DNA from: Eledone cirrhosa
Taxonomy: Eukaryota
NCBI GenBank assembly: GCA_964016885.1
Contig: OZ024741.1
Coordinates: forward strand, 73,284,001-73,348,000
Direction of reading: 5' to 3'
Length of the DNA: 64,000 nucleotides
Shown: piece after piece, positions 29,156 through 40,877 of the stretch
How the letters are laid out: every line of letters begins with the position of its first letter
Numbering within the stretch: position 1 is the stretch's first letter
Position numbers and translations under genes: made by a program
The notes under the pieces: model-generated
The model's database searches: none
What the model saw: only the letters and a program-made list of their open reading frames with translations
What the model was told of the DNA's origin: nothing

Positions 29156-29209
29156 ATAGCACCACTGACGATGTTGCAGATGTGCAACGAAAGAACTTTG
29201 ATAAACTAT
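29156..29209 (+). ncRNA. minimal hammerhead motif
   Basis: CTGACGA (29165-29171), perfect stem II gttgca/tgcaac, GAAA, very short stem III ag/ct, weak stem I. Confidence 0.6.
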
Positions 29210-29390
29210 ATATATGTGTTTGTGTCTATATTGTATCTGTATTATTTTTGACCGCTGGTCAGTCAATGGCAACATTGAGGACCGAATAAATTAGATTACC
29301 GATATAAAAGACACAGAAGCGAAAAGCGAAAACCAACCAAACAGTTATTAATTCTGGCAATATTACACAAATATGACCCTCCCCAAGTAT

Positions 29391-29430
<40 letters not shown>

Positions 29431-29497
29431 AAAAAAGGTGAAATCGAAAATGCAACTGGAGCCTTATTTCTAAAAATATATATATAATTATTTGGTT

Positions 29498-29535
29498 CCT
29501 TTACCGGTTTCGCAGTTCTTCTGCTTTTCAAAAGT
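29498..29535 (-). ncRNA. degenerate hammerhead motif
   Basis: Minus strand ctt-ttgaaaa (decayed box)-gcag aagaa ctgc-GAAAC-cg-GTA-aagg. Confidence 0.35.
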
Positions 29536-29579
29536 AGAGTTGACATGGAGGGCCTGTGGTTTTTTATCACATCATATAT

Positions 29580-29672
<93 letters not shown>

Positions 29673-29842
29673 AGTATTCACAGTACGTTGTGGGGTCTAT
29701 CCTGCATGGAGAACTCGATGTAATCCATATGTTGAAAATGTTGTAGGTTAAGATAGCTACGATGTATTATCATCATCTAGAAACGATCGTAAAGCAGTGA
29801 AGTATATCTCTAATGACTTGATTTTTTATTTCATTGTTTTAA

Positions 29843-29911
<69 letters not shown>

Positions 29912-31412
29912 TATTTTTTATTAATGTATTTTTTTATTTATTTTATTAATGTATTTTAATCAATGTATTCTATCTTTATATTTGTATTTTATCTTTGTAT
30001 CCTGCTTTTATTATTTTTTTGTAACTTTCCTTACTCAGGTCATTATGCACCTTTCATAGCCCCCCACCCTCACCCCCTACCCACCTAAGAACCACACTAC
30101 TTATAACCCGGACTAACTGGGACTTTAAAATAATTTTGGTCTATTTGCACTCTTCATTGGGTTGCTACCTTCGACTTATGTGGTGGCTTTTCCCGGCAGC
30201 GCGCTGGGCACTCGGAAAGTTCAGCCTTCCTTGAGTGCTCGGAAAAATAAATTTCTCCTCTTTCGGTAAACGAAATTACTCGGAGCGGGTTGCTTTGCCC
30301 CGGTCCCACCGCGCCGCCTGTTTTTGGCCGCCATATTATACTTATACCTATAAACTCCAGGTTTAGGCATAACTATCAGCTGTATCATGCCTCTACTGGC
30401 ACGTAAATAAACTCCTCATGTGTGATTTAATAATATTCGTTTGTTATAGACGACGGCCTGTCGAAATTGTGGAGTTCCCGCTCGCGCTCCCGGAGCCTAA
30501 GGTAGCTACGTTCCTAGAGTACACGGAAAAATTAATTTCCATTTCTTTCGCTGGACGATACCACTCGAGACTGGCTGACTCATGGTGGTGGTGGTTGGGG
30601 GGGGGGGGTGCTGGCTGGGTCTAGCAATCGAAATCTTTACTCTATATCCCATTCTAATATCTTATCGAGATACATTTTTTCACATAAGACTCTCTCCGCA
30701 AGTTCATTAAATAAATCTCGCTACCTTAACCTTTAATTTTCTAATAATTTATTTTTCAATTTATCATTTTGCAATTTAATATTTTTAATTTAATTTAATT
30801 TCATCCTATAACTCGCAACATAAATTTAACGTTCCAATCTTCGATTCTCACATTAGACCATACAGACACCCATTATAGATTCTTTGGAGTAGCATTTTTT
30901 CGCGGCATTTTCTAGCATGAATGTAGTGTGACCCTTTCGCTGACTTCTTTCTTTCTTCCCCTTTTTCTTTGACGGAGAGGTGGTAGTGCATTATAAGCCT
31001 TCGCCCCCTCACCAGATGTTCATTAGTAGATTCAGTCGCCACCACTTTGAGGGCGACTGGCCGAGGTAAAGGCAGCTGGTTGGTCAGTCGTCCTCTTTGT
31101 CACTGTCTATGATTTTTCGGACCCATGGTTTTTTACATATTCCTTTGTTATATTCCAATACCTGGTGATATCACCGGATTCATACGGAACCCGGTAATTG
31201 AAATGATCATAGTATAATAAACCTTTCAAGGATTTACACCAGTCCAGCCTCCTGTTATTTTATTTTATTTATAATTAACTCCGTATTCGCACCACCAACT
31301 ACACAAACGAAGACGGGTGAACTGCACTACGTTGAGTACTCTTCACAATATTACACCAAGATTGACCATACGGAATGACCAATTCTATCCAGTGGTGAAC
31401 TAACAAACCTAA

Positions 31413-31447
<35 letters not shown>

Positions 31448-31489
31448 TATATTTATATATAAATATATATTTATATATATATTAATATA

Positions 31490-32430
31490 TAGCGTGTTCC
31501 AGCGAGAGGCTGAGGCCTTGGTGTGGCATTGCTGTTGATGTTACACTTTTTATAGCCCGTCCTCCCAGGGAGTTTGTTGTTCCTGCTCTTATTCGCGCTT
31601 CGCCTCTTTCTGTGGGTTCATTCGGGATCTAGGTCAGTAGAATGTCGAAATGTCTCTTGTAAACATCTACATGCACACCATGTAAGTCTCTCAGGTTTTT
31701 TGACAGCTGATTAAAACGCTGGTGTCTCTTGAACCCAGGCTATTGCAGTATGTGGCCTTTATTCCTGATGCGACGGATGGGACCTTTGGCACCACACAGT
31801 GGCGTCCTATTCGTGGGCTGAATCTTCCTTCATTGCCGAAGTTTGGTGTTAACCCTTCCAGAATCTTCCATATGTATATCACTGGCTACCTCACCCGTCT
31901 TCGCTCCATGAAATTTAGTTTTTGCCCCGCTCTCAAAAGCTCATCTCTTCTTTTTTTTTTAGGCAATCCTCTTGGTATAGCTTCATTGGAATGCTTCAAG
32001 TTCTGAAGTTAGTTTGGCATTGTGGGGCAACCACTCCTGAGATCCAACCCGCCAGTCGTCTGCACATTGCCGTCATTTTGGTGATGTGAGCATGAAACGA
32101 TGCATCATTTCTCATGTCTACGCCCAGATCCCGTATTGATTTTGATTCGAGAATTTCGATTCCTCCTAGTCCAGTGTACCTTTTTGGTGGTGGTCCTATA
32201 TTTGTCGGTTGATAGCAGAGAGCTTGAAACTAACCTGCATTAAATTGCATATTGTTGTTTTCAGCCCATCCGTATATGGCATCTAAATCTTGTTGTTCTT
32301 ACAAGATTGAGATGAGTAGCATCAGCCGGTTTCTTGATTTCCTGTGCTACTTTCGTGTCATCAGCATAGCTTTTGAGGGCGGCTGTCTGTATTACAGCGG
32401 GCATGTCTGAGAGAGCCATGACAAACAGTT
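31490..32430 (-). mobile_element. CR1-group LINE 3' fragment (RT C-terminal half), decayed
   Basis: LFVMALSDMP...SYADDTKV, IYGWAENNNMQFNAG, IYIWKILEGLTPN, R.GR.C.VP. Confidence 0.8.
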
Positions 32431-32594
32431 TATATATATAATGTGGTTATAATAGAATATTCCACTATTACTTTTGGTAAGGTAAGAGAAGCACAATGCA
32501 CACTAAAAGTCCTCAGCGCGAAAGGAATTCAAAACAGACGAAAGTTAAAATTCTTGTTATTGAGTACTGGTAGAAGAGCATTAATATTTAAAAT

Positions 32595-32775
32595 GATTGG
32601 CAGTATCGGTAGAGGGTCGGACGCCATGCTTTCCAGCATAGTTACGTCCCTTTACGATCTGAGTTCAAATCCCGCCGAGGTTGACTTTGCCTTTCATCCT
32701 TACGGGGTCGATAAAATAAAGTACCAGTAATGCACTGGGTAATTGCTGGCCTTGTGCCAAAAGTAGAAACAATTA
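32595..32775 (+). mobile_element. SINE family 1 with TSD
   Basis: A and B boxes; TSD ttaatatttaaaatga. Confidence 0.9.
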
Positions 32776-32956
32776 ATATTTAAAATGAAGAAAAACCCAG
32801 GTTGACAACTTAAATCAATTCTTTAATTTCTACGTACCTTTCTAAACAGGTGGTAATGGTACATATATATATGCAAACAATAAGTTAATCAGAAACAGTT
32901 AACTAGCATTTATTTACACAAAATATAATTACGAGAAATACTAATAGTATTATTAA

Positions 32957-33140
32957 TAATTGTTTCTACTTTTGGCACAAGGCCAGCAAATACCCAGTGT
33001 ATTACTGGTACTTTATTTTATCGACTCCATAAGGATGAAAGGTAAAGTTAATCTCCGCGGGATTTGAACTCAGAATGGCAATAACTCTATGCGTCAAAGA
33101 ATGGCGTCCGACCCTCTACCGATACTGCCAATCCACCGCA
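32957..33140 (-). mobile_element. SINE family 1
   Basis: Family core; probable TSD tattaataat. Confidence 0.85.
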
Positions 33141-33291
33141 TTACTTCATCATTATTAATAATGATGAAGTAATACCTTTTACCTCAACTTTGCACGTTAA
33201 AACCATTTCATGTATGGTCTTCGTTAAATGCTTGCCAACGTCCAACACTTAATACTGTATCTATTCTTATAATTTGAATTTGGTTTAACTT

Positions 33292-33445
33292 TATTCCTTT
33301 TTGTAATTCCTGATGATATGCAGATGTTATATGTATTATGCTTTGTGTAAATAATTGCTAATTGACTGTTTCTGATTAACTTATTGTTTACATATGCATG
33401 TAACATTATCACCTGTATAGAAACGTACGTAGAAATGAAAAAAGA
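33292..33445 (+). ncRNA. type I hammerhead ribozyme with ~100 nt extended stem II
   Basis: CTGATGA 33310-33316; stem II tatgcag/ctgtata extended by atgttatatgtat/atgcatgtaacat; GAAA 33420-33423; palindromic acgtacgt; GTA site at 33431; stem I ctttttgtaattc/gaaatgaaaaaag; inverted partial copy at 32821-32930. Confidence 0.75.
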
Positions 33446-35163
33446 TTCGTGTATTGCTCAAATTGAAGGAATATACTACACCTTGATACTTTATCAGTAA
33501 ATCCTATTGATTCTTTTCATATAAATGGTTTAACTAAACACCAAATAAATAAAGATTTCTCAAACATTGCTATCCCAACGATACGGACCCGGAGGATGTA
33601 GGTGAGATCTCTCTGATGTGCAGAAGTGCTGGTGCTAGCTACCTCATGGTCCCACTGGACAGGATTGGGAAAGCGTTGCCTCGGAGGATGGAGAGGTAGA
33701 CACGTTGAAATAGTCATTCCAACTATTGGGCTCACTCCTGTATGCAGTGAACTCTACCTCGATTATAGGGAGCAATGGGGTTATCTGGGGACGAAGCACG
33801 CCGGAAGTGACCATCACTACAGATTCCACAGCAAACATATCGGAGAAAGACCAATATTTCAAAAAACTTGAGATCTTCAGTTTGCCGAGCAATGAAGTCT
33901 GGGTCTATCTCTTGATACACCAGATTGACCTCGGGAAAGGTGTCAGTGCATGTTGCATCCGAAATGAGGGGCTTACCAACGCAGAACAGGATGATCGTGA
34001 TAACATTTTAGACTTTAACTTTGAAAGGGGTAGGACAAGGAGGACTGCAGGACAGTGAATTCTGGTTCATTTACAGCTTACCTATACCATCACACCTCAA
34101 TCGGTTTTGACGATAAGTATTCGAGTTGTTTAGTCAGTGGAATGGTCTACTCATTAAGTAAACTAGTTAGTGGCTCAGTATTTCCTCAGGCATGGATACA
34201 CTTAACGTAATTCGCAGGGCGATTCTGCAGTGTGGGATATGACTGACTCTTTGAATTACAAGTACAGTCCATCTGGAAGTCTTTTAAACAATTTAGGTTT
34301 ACCCAAATTCAATTACAAGGCTTGAGTCGACCCGAAACTATGATTAAAAAATCACTCATCCAAGACATCACGCAGTGGCATCGAACCCGGAATCCTATGG
34401 TTATGAAGCAGATTTCTTAAGTATTCGGATATGCATGATGACTAAAATCTCCACAGGCGTTCATCTTTTTGAGGTTATCATTACGTGTTTACGAAGCATA
34501 GCATCCAGAAGAGAGTGGAACTATTTTAACCACCCACATCCGGAGTAAAGTTTGCTGTGTCACTAATCTACATCATCCGGAAATCAATCAGAATAGTTCG
34601 CTAGTTTACGTAAATATCCACTAAATTTCATATCTACCAAGTTTACTTTTCGAGGGTTATTTTCACGTGATTCTACGTGATCGAAGACTAAAAATCAGGA
34701 AGCGCTGACGCAATCCAATATCCTCTCATTTATTGTCCTTCATTGGTCATGCTTGTTAGCGATTATTGCTGTGTGCTTAGAACTGACGCGGTAGTGGTGG
34801 TGGTGGTGGGAGTGACGCTAGTGGTGATGGTGGTGATGTTTAGGGTGATTCTAACGGTGGTTATGACGGCGGTGGTAGTGGTGGTGGTGTTGATGGCGGC
34901 AGCGATGGTTTTGTTGGTGGTGATGGCGATCATATTGTTAATGGTGCGGGAAGTGATGAGGAAGGTGATGGAGGTTATGCTGAGAATCGTGGTGGGGCTG
35001 GTTGTGATAGTGGTGCTGGTGATAGTGATGGTAATGATGTTAATGATGATATAACTACACACACACATACATGCATGCGTACATACATACACGCATAGAA
35101 GTGTGTATATATAAATATATATGTATACATACATATATTTATATAATATTTTCTATATATATA

Positions 35164-35215
<52 letters not shown>

Positions 35216-35267
35216 GAAGAAAAGGTTAACAACTTAAATCCATTCTTTAATTTGAGCAACACACGAA

Positions 35268-35465
35268 TCTTCTTCTTCTTCTTCTTCTTCTTCTTCTTCT
35301 TCTTCTTCTTCTTCTTCTTCTTCTTCTTCTTCTTCTTCTTCTTCTTCTTCTAGCCTCACATCCGTAATATTCGAGCTGTGATCTCTCAATTCGGAGAAGC
35401 AGCTGCTCTACCTGGAGTGACCTTCTCATCTCCGAGCTAAGCACTCTATCGAGTAACGTTGCTCC
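35268..35465 (-). mobile_element. short RTE-like LINE fragment abutting (AGA)n
   Basis: SSEMRRSLQVEQLLLRIERSQL.YYG resembles the RTE C-terminal motif R..L.VEPLLL.IERSQLRW.G. Confidence 0.6.
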
Positions 35466-35591
35466 AAAGGAATATTAATAATAACATTCGATTCGTTTGC
35501 AATTATGCAAACAACCCTTAATTTTATAGCCATGTCAGTAGAATGAACCCATATATTTTCACTAGCTCTGACAGTTTGGCAGGTGATCAGT

Positions 35592-35641
35592 GAGCTGTAC
35601 TGATGAAGGGTGATATCCAGAAACATTAGTGTCTGCAGTTC
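35592..35641 (+). ncRNA. intact type I hammerhead ribozyme
   Basis: Stem I gagctgta/tgcagttc (8 bp including G-U), CTGATGA 35600-35606, short stem II, GAAA 35620-35623, stem III aca-ttag-tgt, GTC site at 35633; lies between IR arms 35470-35550 and 35673-35754. Confidence 0.85.
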
Positions 35642-35809
35642 TGTTCACATGCCAACACAAGAGCAAGAATGAAGGGTTCATTCTACTGACATGGCTATAA
35701 AATTGAGGCTTGTCTGCATAATTGCAAACGAATCGAATGTTATTATTAATATTCGAAAAACTCAGATTACATTTATTGTATTCAGCCATGTAGAGCGGAC
35801 AATTTTCTT

Positions 35810-35866
<57 letters not shown>

Positions 35867-36079
35867 TAATGAAAATAATGAATAAAAACAAAGAAACAGT
35901 TCCTTATATTAAAATATTCATCATTTTACGATCGTTTCTAGGATATATATGTGTGTGTTGGTATGTATATCATATAGATCTATGTAAAAATGTTACAAAC
36001 TATCAGAGGGAATATACATACCTACACATATATATGCTGTCTTCAGAAATAAATATTATATATATATTATATATGTATT

Positions 36080-36164
<85 letters not shown>

Positions 36165-36937
36165 GTATACACACATATACATACTATATATGTGTGTGTG
36201 CGTATTTACATTTATATACACATGTATATATAGTATAACGGAAAAAATGGGTATCAGCATGCGAGGGAATCGATTTCCACGCATGCTGATACCCATTTCT
36301 CCATTATGGGAGCTTATACGCTCTATTATTAAACTATTTTATGTAATCAAACACCTATTATGCTTAAACGCTGTCATATTACTACTGCCATATGTATAGA
36401 TATATCATATAACTTCTATATATTATATACCTATATATGCATATATATGTATATTTATATGTCTACATGTGTGTATGAATGTATGCATAAACCTGTTTAT
36501 ATATGTAATGTGTGTGTATGTGTGTGTGCGTGTGTGTATGTGTGTGTGTATGTGTATGTGTGTGTGTATGTGTGTGTGTGTGTGTATGTGTGCGTGTGTC
36601 GTTCACATATACATATATAACATTTTTCAGATTATATTTCCATTGTTGTTAAAAGCGGCATTATACTTTTGTTATTGTTCTGTTTTGAGTTTTTTGCGGG
36701 TTTTTTTTAATATCAGATCTACTCTGTCGTTAATAGGGTTGGTGGTTGGTAGATGAGAATATTCCTGCATTCACTGAGTTATGGTAAGGGAATGAATAGG
36801 ATAGGAAGAAAAACTAAGAGAGAGAGAGAGAGCGAGAGAGTGAGCGAGCGAGTGAGAGAGAAGGGGGGGGGAGTAACAAAGAAAGAGCGGTAAACATATA
36901 GATAGATAGTCAGATTGATTCATATATATATATACAC

Positions 36938-36991
<54 letters not shown>

Positions 36992-37029
36992 TTTACACAG
37001 AGAAAGAGAGAGGGAGAGAGATAGGTAGG

Positions 37030-37068
37030 TAGATACAGAGATATATAGATTGATAGATAGATAAATAC

Positions 37069-37151
<83 letters not shown>
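37030..37151. repeat. (GATA)n array, 3' flank of LINE A
   Basis: Seen directly. Confidence 0.95.
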
Positions 37152-37415
37152 TATTTCTTTTATTTGCCACTAGGGCATCAAAAGTGGGACAAGTACAAAG
37201 GGGGGAGTTTACACAAAAAGGCGTCCTCAATAAGGAGGAGGCAATAACAAAATATAAAAATAAAATAAGATATAACAAAAAATAAAATGTTTAACAAAAT
37301 CCTCAATAGAGAGGAGGCGCCTTGGGGGGTCGCACACACCCCCGAAAAAAGTGTGCAACCCTACTCCTCAGGAGCACAGAGAAGGGGTGCTCCCTTGGTC
37401 TTTCATCTTCCTCAC

Positions 37416-40400
37416 CTATAGTCTGATGTAGAGTGAAGGCCCATTCACACGGGCCATTCTCGCCACTTTCACCCATCTTTCATAGAAACGGCTGGGGTGC
37501 AGCACCTCTCTCTCCATCCTGATCCTTCTTCCGAAATGATATCGGAAGAAACGGACCAGTTGTTGGCCAGAGAGAAAGGTGCCCGACCTCAGTCCTTTCA
37601 GACGCGTCCACCATACAACCTCTTTCGCCATGGCTATTACGCACAGAAACACCGCCTCTGCTTCATCTTTGAAGGGGGGAGGCGGCTTGATCATTACAAT
37701 AGACTCGGTGGTCAACCGGATCGGTCCCACCCTTGACAGCAGTTGTTCGACATAGCCCCACAGATCGGCTACGCCCGAGCAGTGTACCAATGCGTGTGCA
37801 ACGGTTTCCTCGTCGCACACGCATCTGGGACAGATCTTTTTGGCGGGGTCCCTACCCGGGCGCCCGTGTCTGTAAAGCCTTTCTCGAACGGGTAAAGCCC
37901 CTCGGTAGCACTGCCAGGCCAGGGACTTCTGGAAGTTGTCCATAGGTCCCGGGCTGAATGTCCTACCGAACAGGCTGGCCAGTTCGTCCTCCTCCATGTC
38001 TAGGGCTTCTCCGAGGGCGTCGTCGCACCTGCTGCGTACCAGCCCTCTATAGAATGTTGCGGTGGAGTCTCCACTGATAACCGGATCCGCCTGCCAGAGG
38101 GCGGTGAGCGCCTGGGCACACTCAGTGTGCCAGGCGCCCAGTTTTCTCGGTCTTTGCTTGACCCAGGATTGCAGCTCGGTGAGTGAGACGAGTCTGGGAA
38201 AGGTTCGTCTCACAAACGAGGCCCACACCGGTTGTCCGGTGAGGAATACGTAGAGGTGCCGTAGCCTTAATGCGTGTTTACGCATCATTAGCCACGGCAT
38301 CCCCAGCCCTCCTTTCGAAGGGTGTTGACAGCAGATGGATCTCCTCACCATAGGAGCCCGCCTCTTCCAAAGGAATTGGAAGAGCGCGCGCTCCATCTTG
38401 GTGAGGGTTTCCCTTGGGCAGGGCACTACGGTCAGGCGGTAGTAGATGACGGACGCTATGTAGGTGTTCGCCACCTCCGCCCGACCTTTCAGGGATAGTT
38501 TGCAACTGGCCCACTTCTGAGTCAGTGCAAACACCCTGTTCGTAACCTCCGCCCAGTTTTTCTCCACCTGGAGGTCCGGTCCGAACCAGACCCCGAGCAA
38601 CTTCATCGGGCCCTCCGTCCAGCGTCCGACGACGCTATCGGAGGGCATCGGTCTGCCCCTCCACGTGCCGAGTTGCAAACCGATCGACTTGTCCCGGTTC
38701 AGCTTAGCCCCTGTGAACTTTTCGTACTCCTCCAGTAAGGTGCCGACCGCCTCGATTTCGGAGGCCGTCGACACCATTACTGTCACGTCATCGGCGTAGG
38801 CCGACACCGCTTTCCGCAATCCCGGTTCCAAAGGGATGCCCTGCAACAACTCCAACTTCCGCAGTAGTGGCTCGAGAGTCAACACATACAGAAGGGAGGA
38901 GAGAGGGCACCCTTGTCGGATGGACCGCGCGATTTTGAACGGCTCCGAGAGGTAGCCATTCACCTTGACCCTAGAGCAGATGCGGCTGCTGTGCATAGCA
39001 GTGATCCAGCCCCTGAAAACGGGTCCGAAGCCTGCCGCCGCTAGCACCGCATCCAGGTAACCATGGTCGACCCTATCGAACGCCTTAGATTGATCCAAGT
39101 TGATCAGAGCCCCACCAAAGCCGGGTTCGTTCCCAACCCTCTCTATGATGTATCGCATGAGGTGGAGGTTGTCATGGATGGACCTGGACGGGATAGCGCA
39201 TGTCTGCGCATCTCCCACCAGGTTGCCCACGACAAGCGCCAACCTCTTTGCTAGCACCTTGGCCAAAATCTGTAACTCTGTATTTAGCAGTGTTATGGGC
39301 CTGAAGTTACTTATTTCGTCCCCCTTGTTCTCGTCCTTCCTCACTAGCGTGACTACGCCCTTGGTCACAGTACAGGGAATTCTCCCGTTCTGTTGCCAGT
39401 TGCAGTAGACCGCCTCGAGGAGATCGGGGAACAAGTCCGGCATAGCTAGATATAATTCGTAAGGAAGACCATCGAGACCCGGGGATTTGCGTTTGCCGCA
39501 TTGGCTCAGCACGTCCTCTATCTCAGCGGCCGAAATCGGCTCCTCGCAGGACTTCGCCTCCCTGTCCGAGAGGCGCGGCAGGCCGTCGAGGTATGGACCG
39601 AAGTCCACGTTCCTAACCGGCTCCCCGCCCCTCCCGAACAGTCGGGCAAAGTGCCTTTGAAAGGCCTCACACATCTGCTTAGGCTCAAGAATCGCCCGTC
39701 CATCCAGGTCTCGCAAAGACCGGATGGTGGATTTAGTTCCACTGTTGGCCTCTGTCACGCGGGCCCAGCTAACAGCTTTGGTCCCCTCGTTCCCTAGAGC
39801 ACGTATTTTACTTCGGACAACGCAGCCTTCGTGCTTCGCGTCGAAAAACTGGCTCAAAGCCGTTCTCGACGCTAGCACTCTGGCCACGTCGCCGCTTCTA
39901 ATTGCCTCTTCTACTCTATCTATTAGCTCCCTTTCCTTCCTATTCCTATCCGCAGCTAGAACCTTACTAAATTCAATCGAGACTACTCTAATCTCTCTCT
40001 TTAGAGATACCCACCACCTGCTGTTGACGATCGCTCCAGTCAACCGTTCCTTAACTAACGTACTAATCCGATTCCTGTAGGCTCTACTTGCCGGCAAGGA
40101 CAAGTTGAGCTTCCAGTAACCGGGGCCCTGTCTATGAGTTCTGTCAAGGTTGACCATGCAGGTCACTAATTTGTGGTCTGAATAGCCAACAATGCGCATT
40201 TTTGGACAACTTAAAAAGTCCTTATCCTTAATTCTAACTAAGAACCTATCTAGGTACGACCTAGATGATCCGCTACGATTTGCCCAAGTCCAGGTTGGCG
40301 CAGTCGGAAAATCTAGTCGATATCTATCGGCCAGGTCAAATCGACCGATTAACCCTTTGAGGCTATTACACCCCTCTCTATCGGGGCAGGCCCCTACGTA

Positions 40401-40853
40401 GTCCCAGCGTGCATCTAGGATACCATTCCAGTCCCCCACTAATAGCAAGGAGCGGGACGTCCCTAGAAAAGTCTCCAGACGATGGAAGAAGTCCGGCCGC
40501 ATTGACCCGAAAGGGCCGTAGGCGGCTACCAACCTAAACGCTCCGCCTTTACCTCTGCCAAGGTCCAGAACCACTAGTCGACCCTCCGGGTCCAAATGTA
40601 CCATCTGTGTTAGGAGACCCAGATGTTTTTGCAGCAGAACGACAACTCCACCCCCACCTCCGGGCTGACAGAGAGATGCGTGCATCTCAAAGTCATCAAA
40701 GGTGGGGGCCAGCTGTCGCACGTTGCTGATCCGGGCCTCGCAAATAACCATCACATCTATACGTTGTGACCTGAGGTCATTTAGAAGCATTGCTTGCTTC
40801 CAAGTCGAGCCCAGGCCACGCGCATTTAAACAGCCTACTCTTAGCATAGCCAT
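37416..40853 (-). CDS. LINE A ORF2: APE endonuclease, reverse transcriptase, C-terminal CCHC zinc finger
   Basis: GCLNARGL, ICE, GDWN, SYLDR, SDH; KSPGLDG, RPITLLN, LDQSKAFDRV, RQGCPLS, YADD; CPRC..ETVAHALVHC; uninterrupted. Confidence 0.97.
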   Translation of the reverse strand: MAMLRVGCLNARGLGSTWKQAMLLNDLRSQRIDVMVICEARISNVRQLAPTFDDFEMHASLCQPGGGGGVVVLLQKHLGLLTQMVHLDPEGRLVVLDLGRGKGGAFRLVAAYGPFGSMRPDFFHRLETFLGTSRSLLLVGDWNGILDARWDYVGACPDREGCNSLKGLIGRFDLADRYRLDFPTAPTWTWANRSGSSRSYLDRFLVRIKDKDFLSCPKMRIVGYSDHKLVTCMVNLDRTHRQGPGYWKLNLSLPASRAYRNRISTLVKERLTGAIVNSRWWVSLKREIRVVSIEFSKVLAADRNRKERELIDRVEEAIRSGDVARVLASRTALSQFFDAKHEGCVVRSKIRALGNEGTKAVSWARVTEANSGTKSTIRSLRDLDGRAILEPKQMCEAFQRHFARLFGRGGEPVRNVDFGPYLDGLPRLSDREAKSCEEPISAAEIEDVLSQCGKRKSPGLDGLPYELYLAMPDLFPDLLEAVYCNWQQNGRIPCTVTKGVVTLVRKDENKGDEISNFRPITLLNTELQILAKVLAKRLALVVGNLVGDAQTCAIPSRSIHDNLHLMRYIIERVGNEPGFGGALINLDQSKAFDRVDHGYLDAVLAAAGFGPVFRGWITAMHSSRICSRVKVNGYLSEPFKIARSIRQGCPLSSLLYVLTLEPLLRKLELLQGIPLEPGLRKAVSAYADDVTVMVSTASEIEAVGTLLEEYEKFTGAKLNRDKSIGLQLGTWRGRPMPSDSVVGRWTEGPMKLLGVWFGPDLQVEKNWAEVTNRVFALTQKWASCKLSLKGRAEVANTYIASVIYYRLTVVPCPRETLTKMERALFQFLWKRRAPMVRRSICCQHPSKGGLGMPWLMMRKHALRLRHLYVFLTGQPVWASFVRRTFPRLVSLTELQSWVKQRPRKLGAWHTECAQALTALWQADPVISGDSTATFYRGLVRSRCDDALGEALDMEEDELASLFGRTFSPGPMDNFQKSLAWQCYRGALPVRERLYRHGRPGRDPAKKICPRCVCDEETVAHALVHCSGVADLWGYVEQLLSRVGPIRLTTESIVMIKPPPPFKDEAEAVFLCVIAMAKEVVWWTRLKGLRSGTFLSGQQLVRFFRYHFGRRIRMEREVLHPSRFYERWVKVARMARVNGPSLYIRL

Positions 40854-40877
40854 GTTGGTGGTGAAGAGAAAAGGCAC

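Larger units (their letters stand above)
28160..29390 (+). mobile_element. 5'-truncated Penelope-like element (non-Naiad type): GIY-YIG plus 3' pLTR with hammerhead
   Basis: ORF 28200-28835 plus downstream hammerhead; tail shared with 16213-16505. Confidence 0.85.

Noticed and set aside
31020-31110. HDV-like ribozyme
   Set aside because: Could not build P1.1/P4 or the catalytic junction on either strand.
33316-33420. SECIS element within the long stem II
   Set aside because: No RUGA/GA quartet with apical AA at the proper spacing could be found.
33540-34058. Host exon or I-clade LINE fragment
   Set aside because: Only a faint EATLSQ..VG resemblance; no frame is convincingly assignable.
34743-35134. 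Val/Thr-rich ORFs (also 56856-57294 and 61803-62160)
   Set aside because: Degenerate trinucleotide low-complexity DNA.
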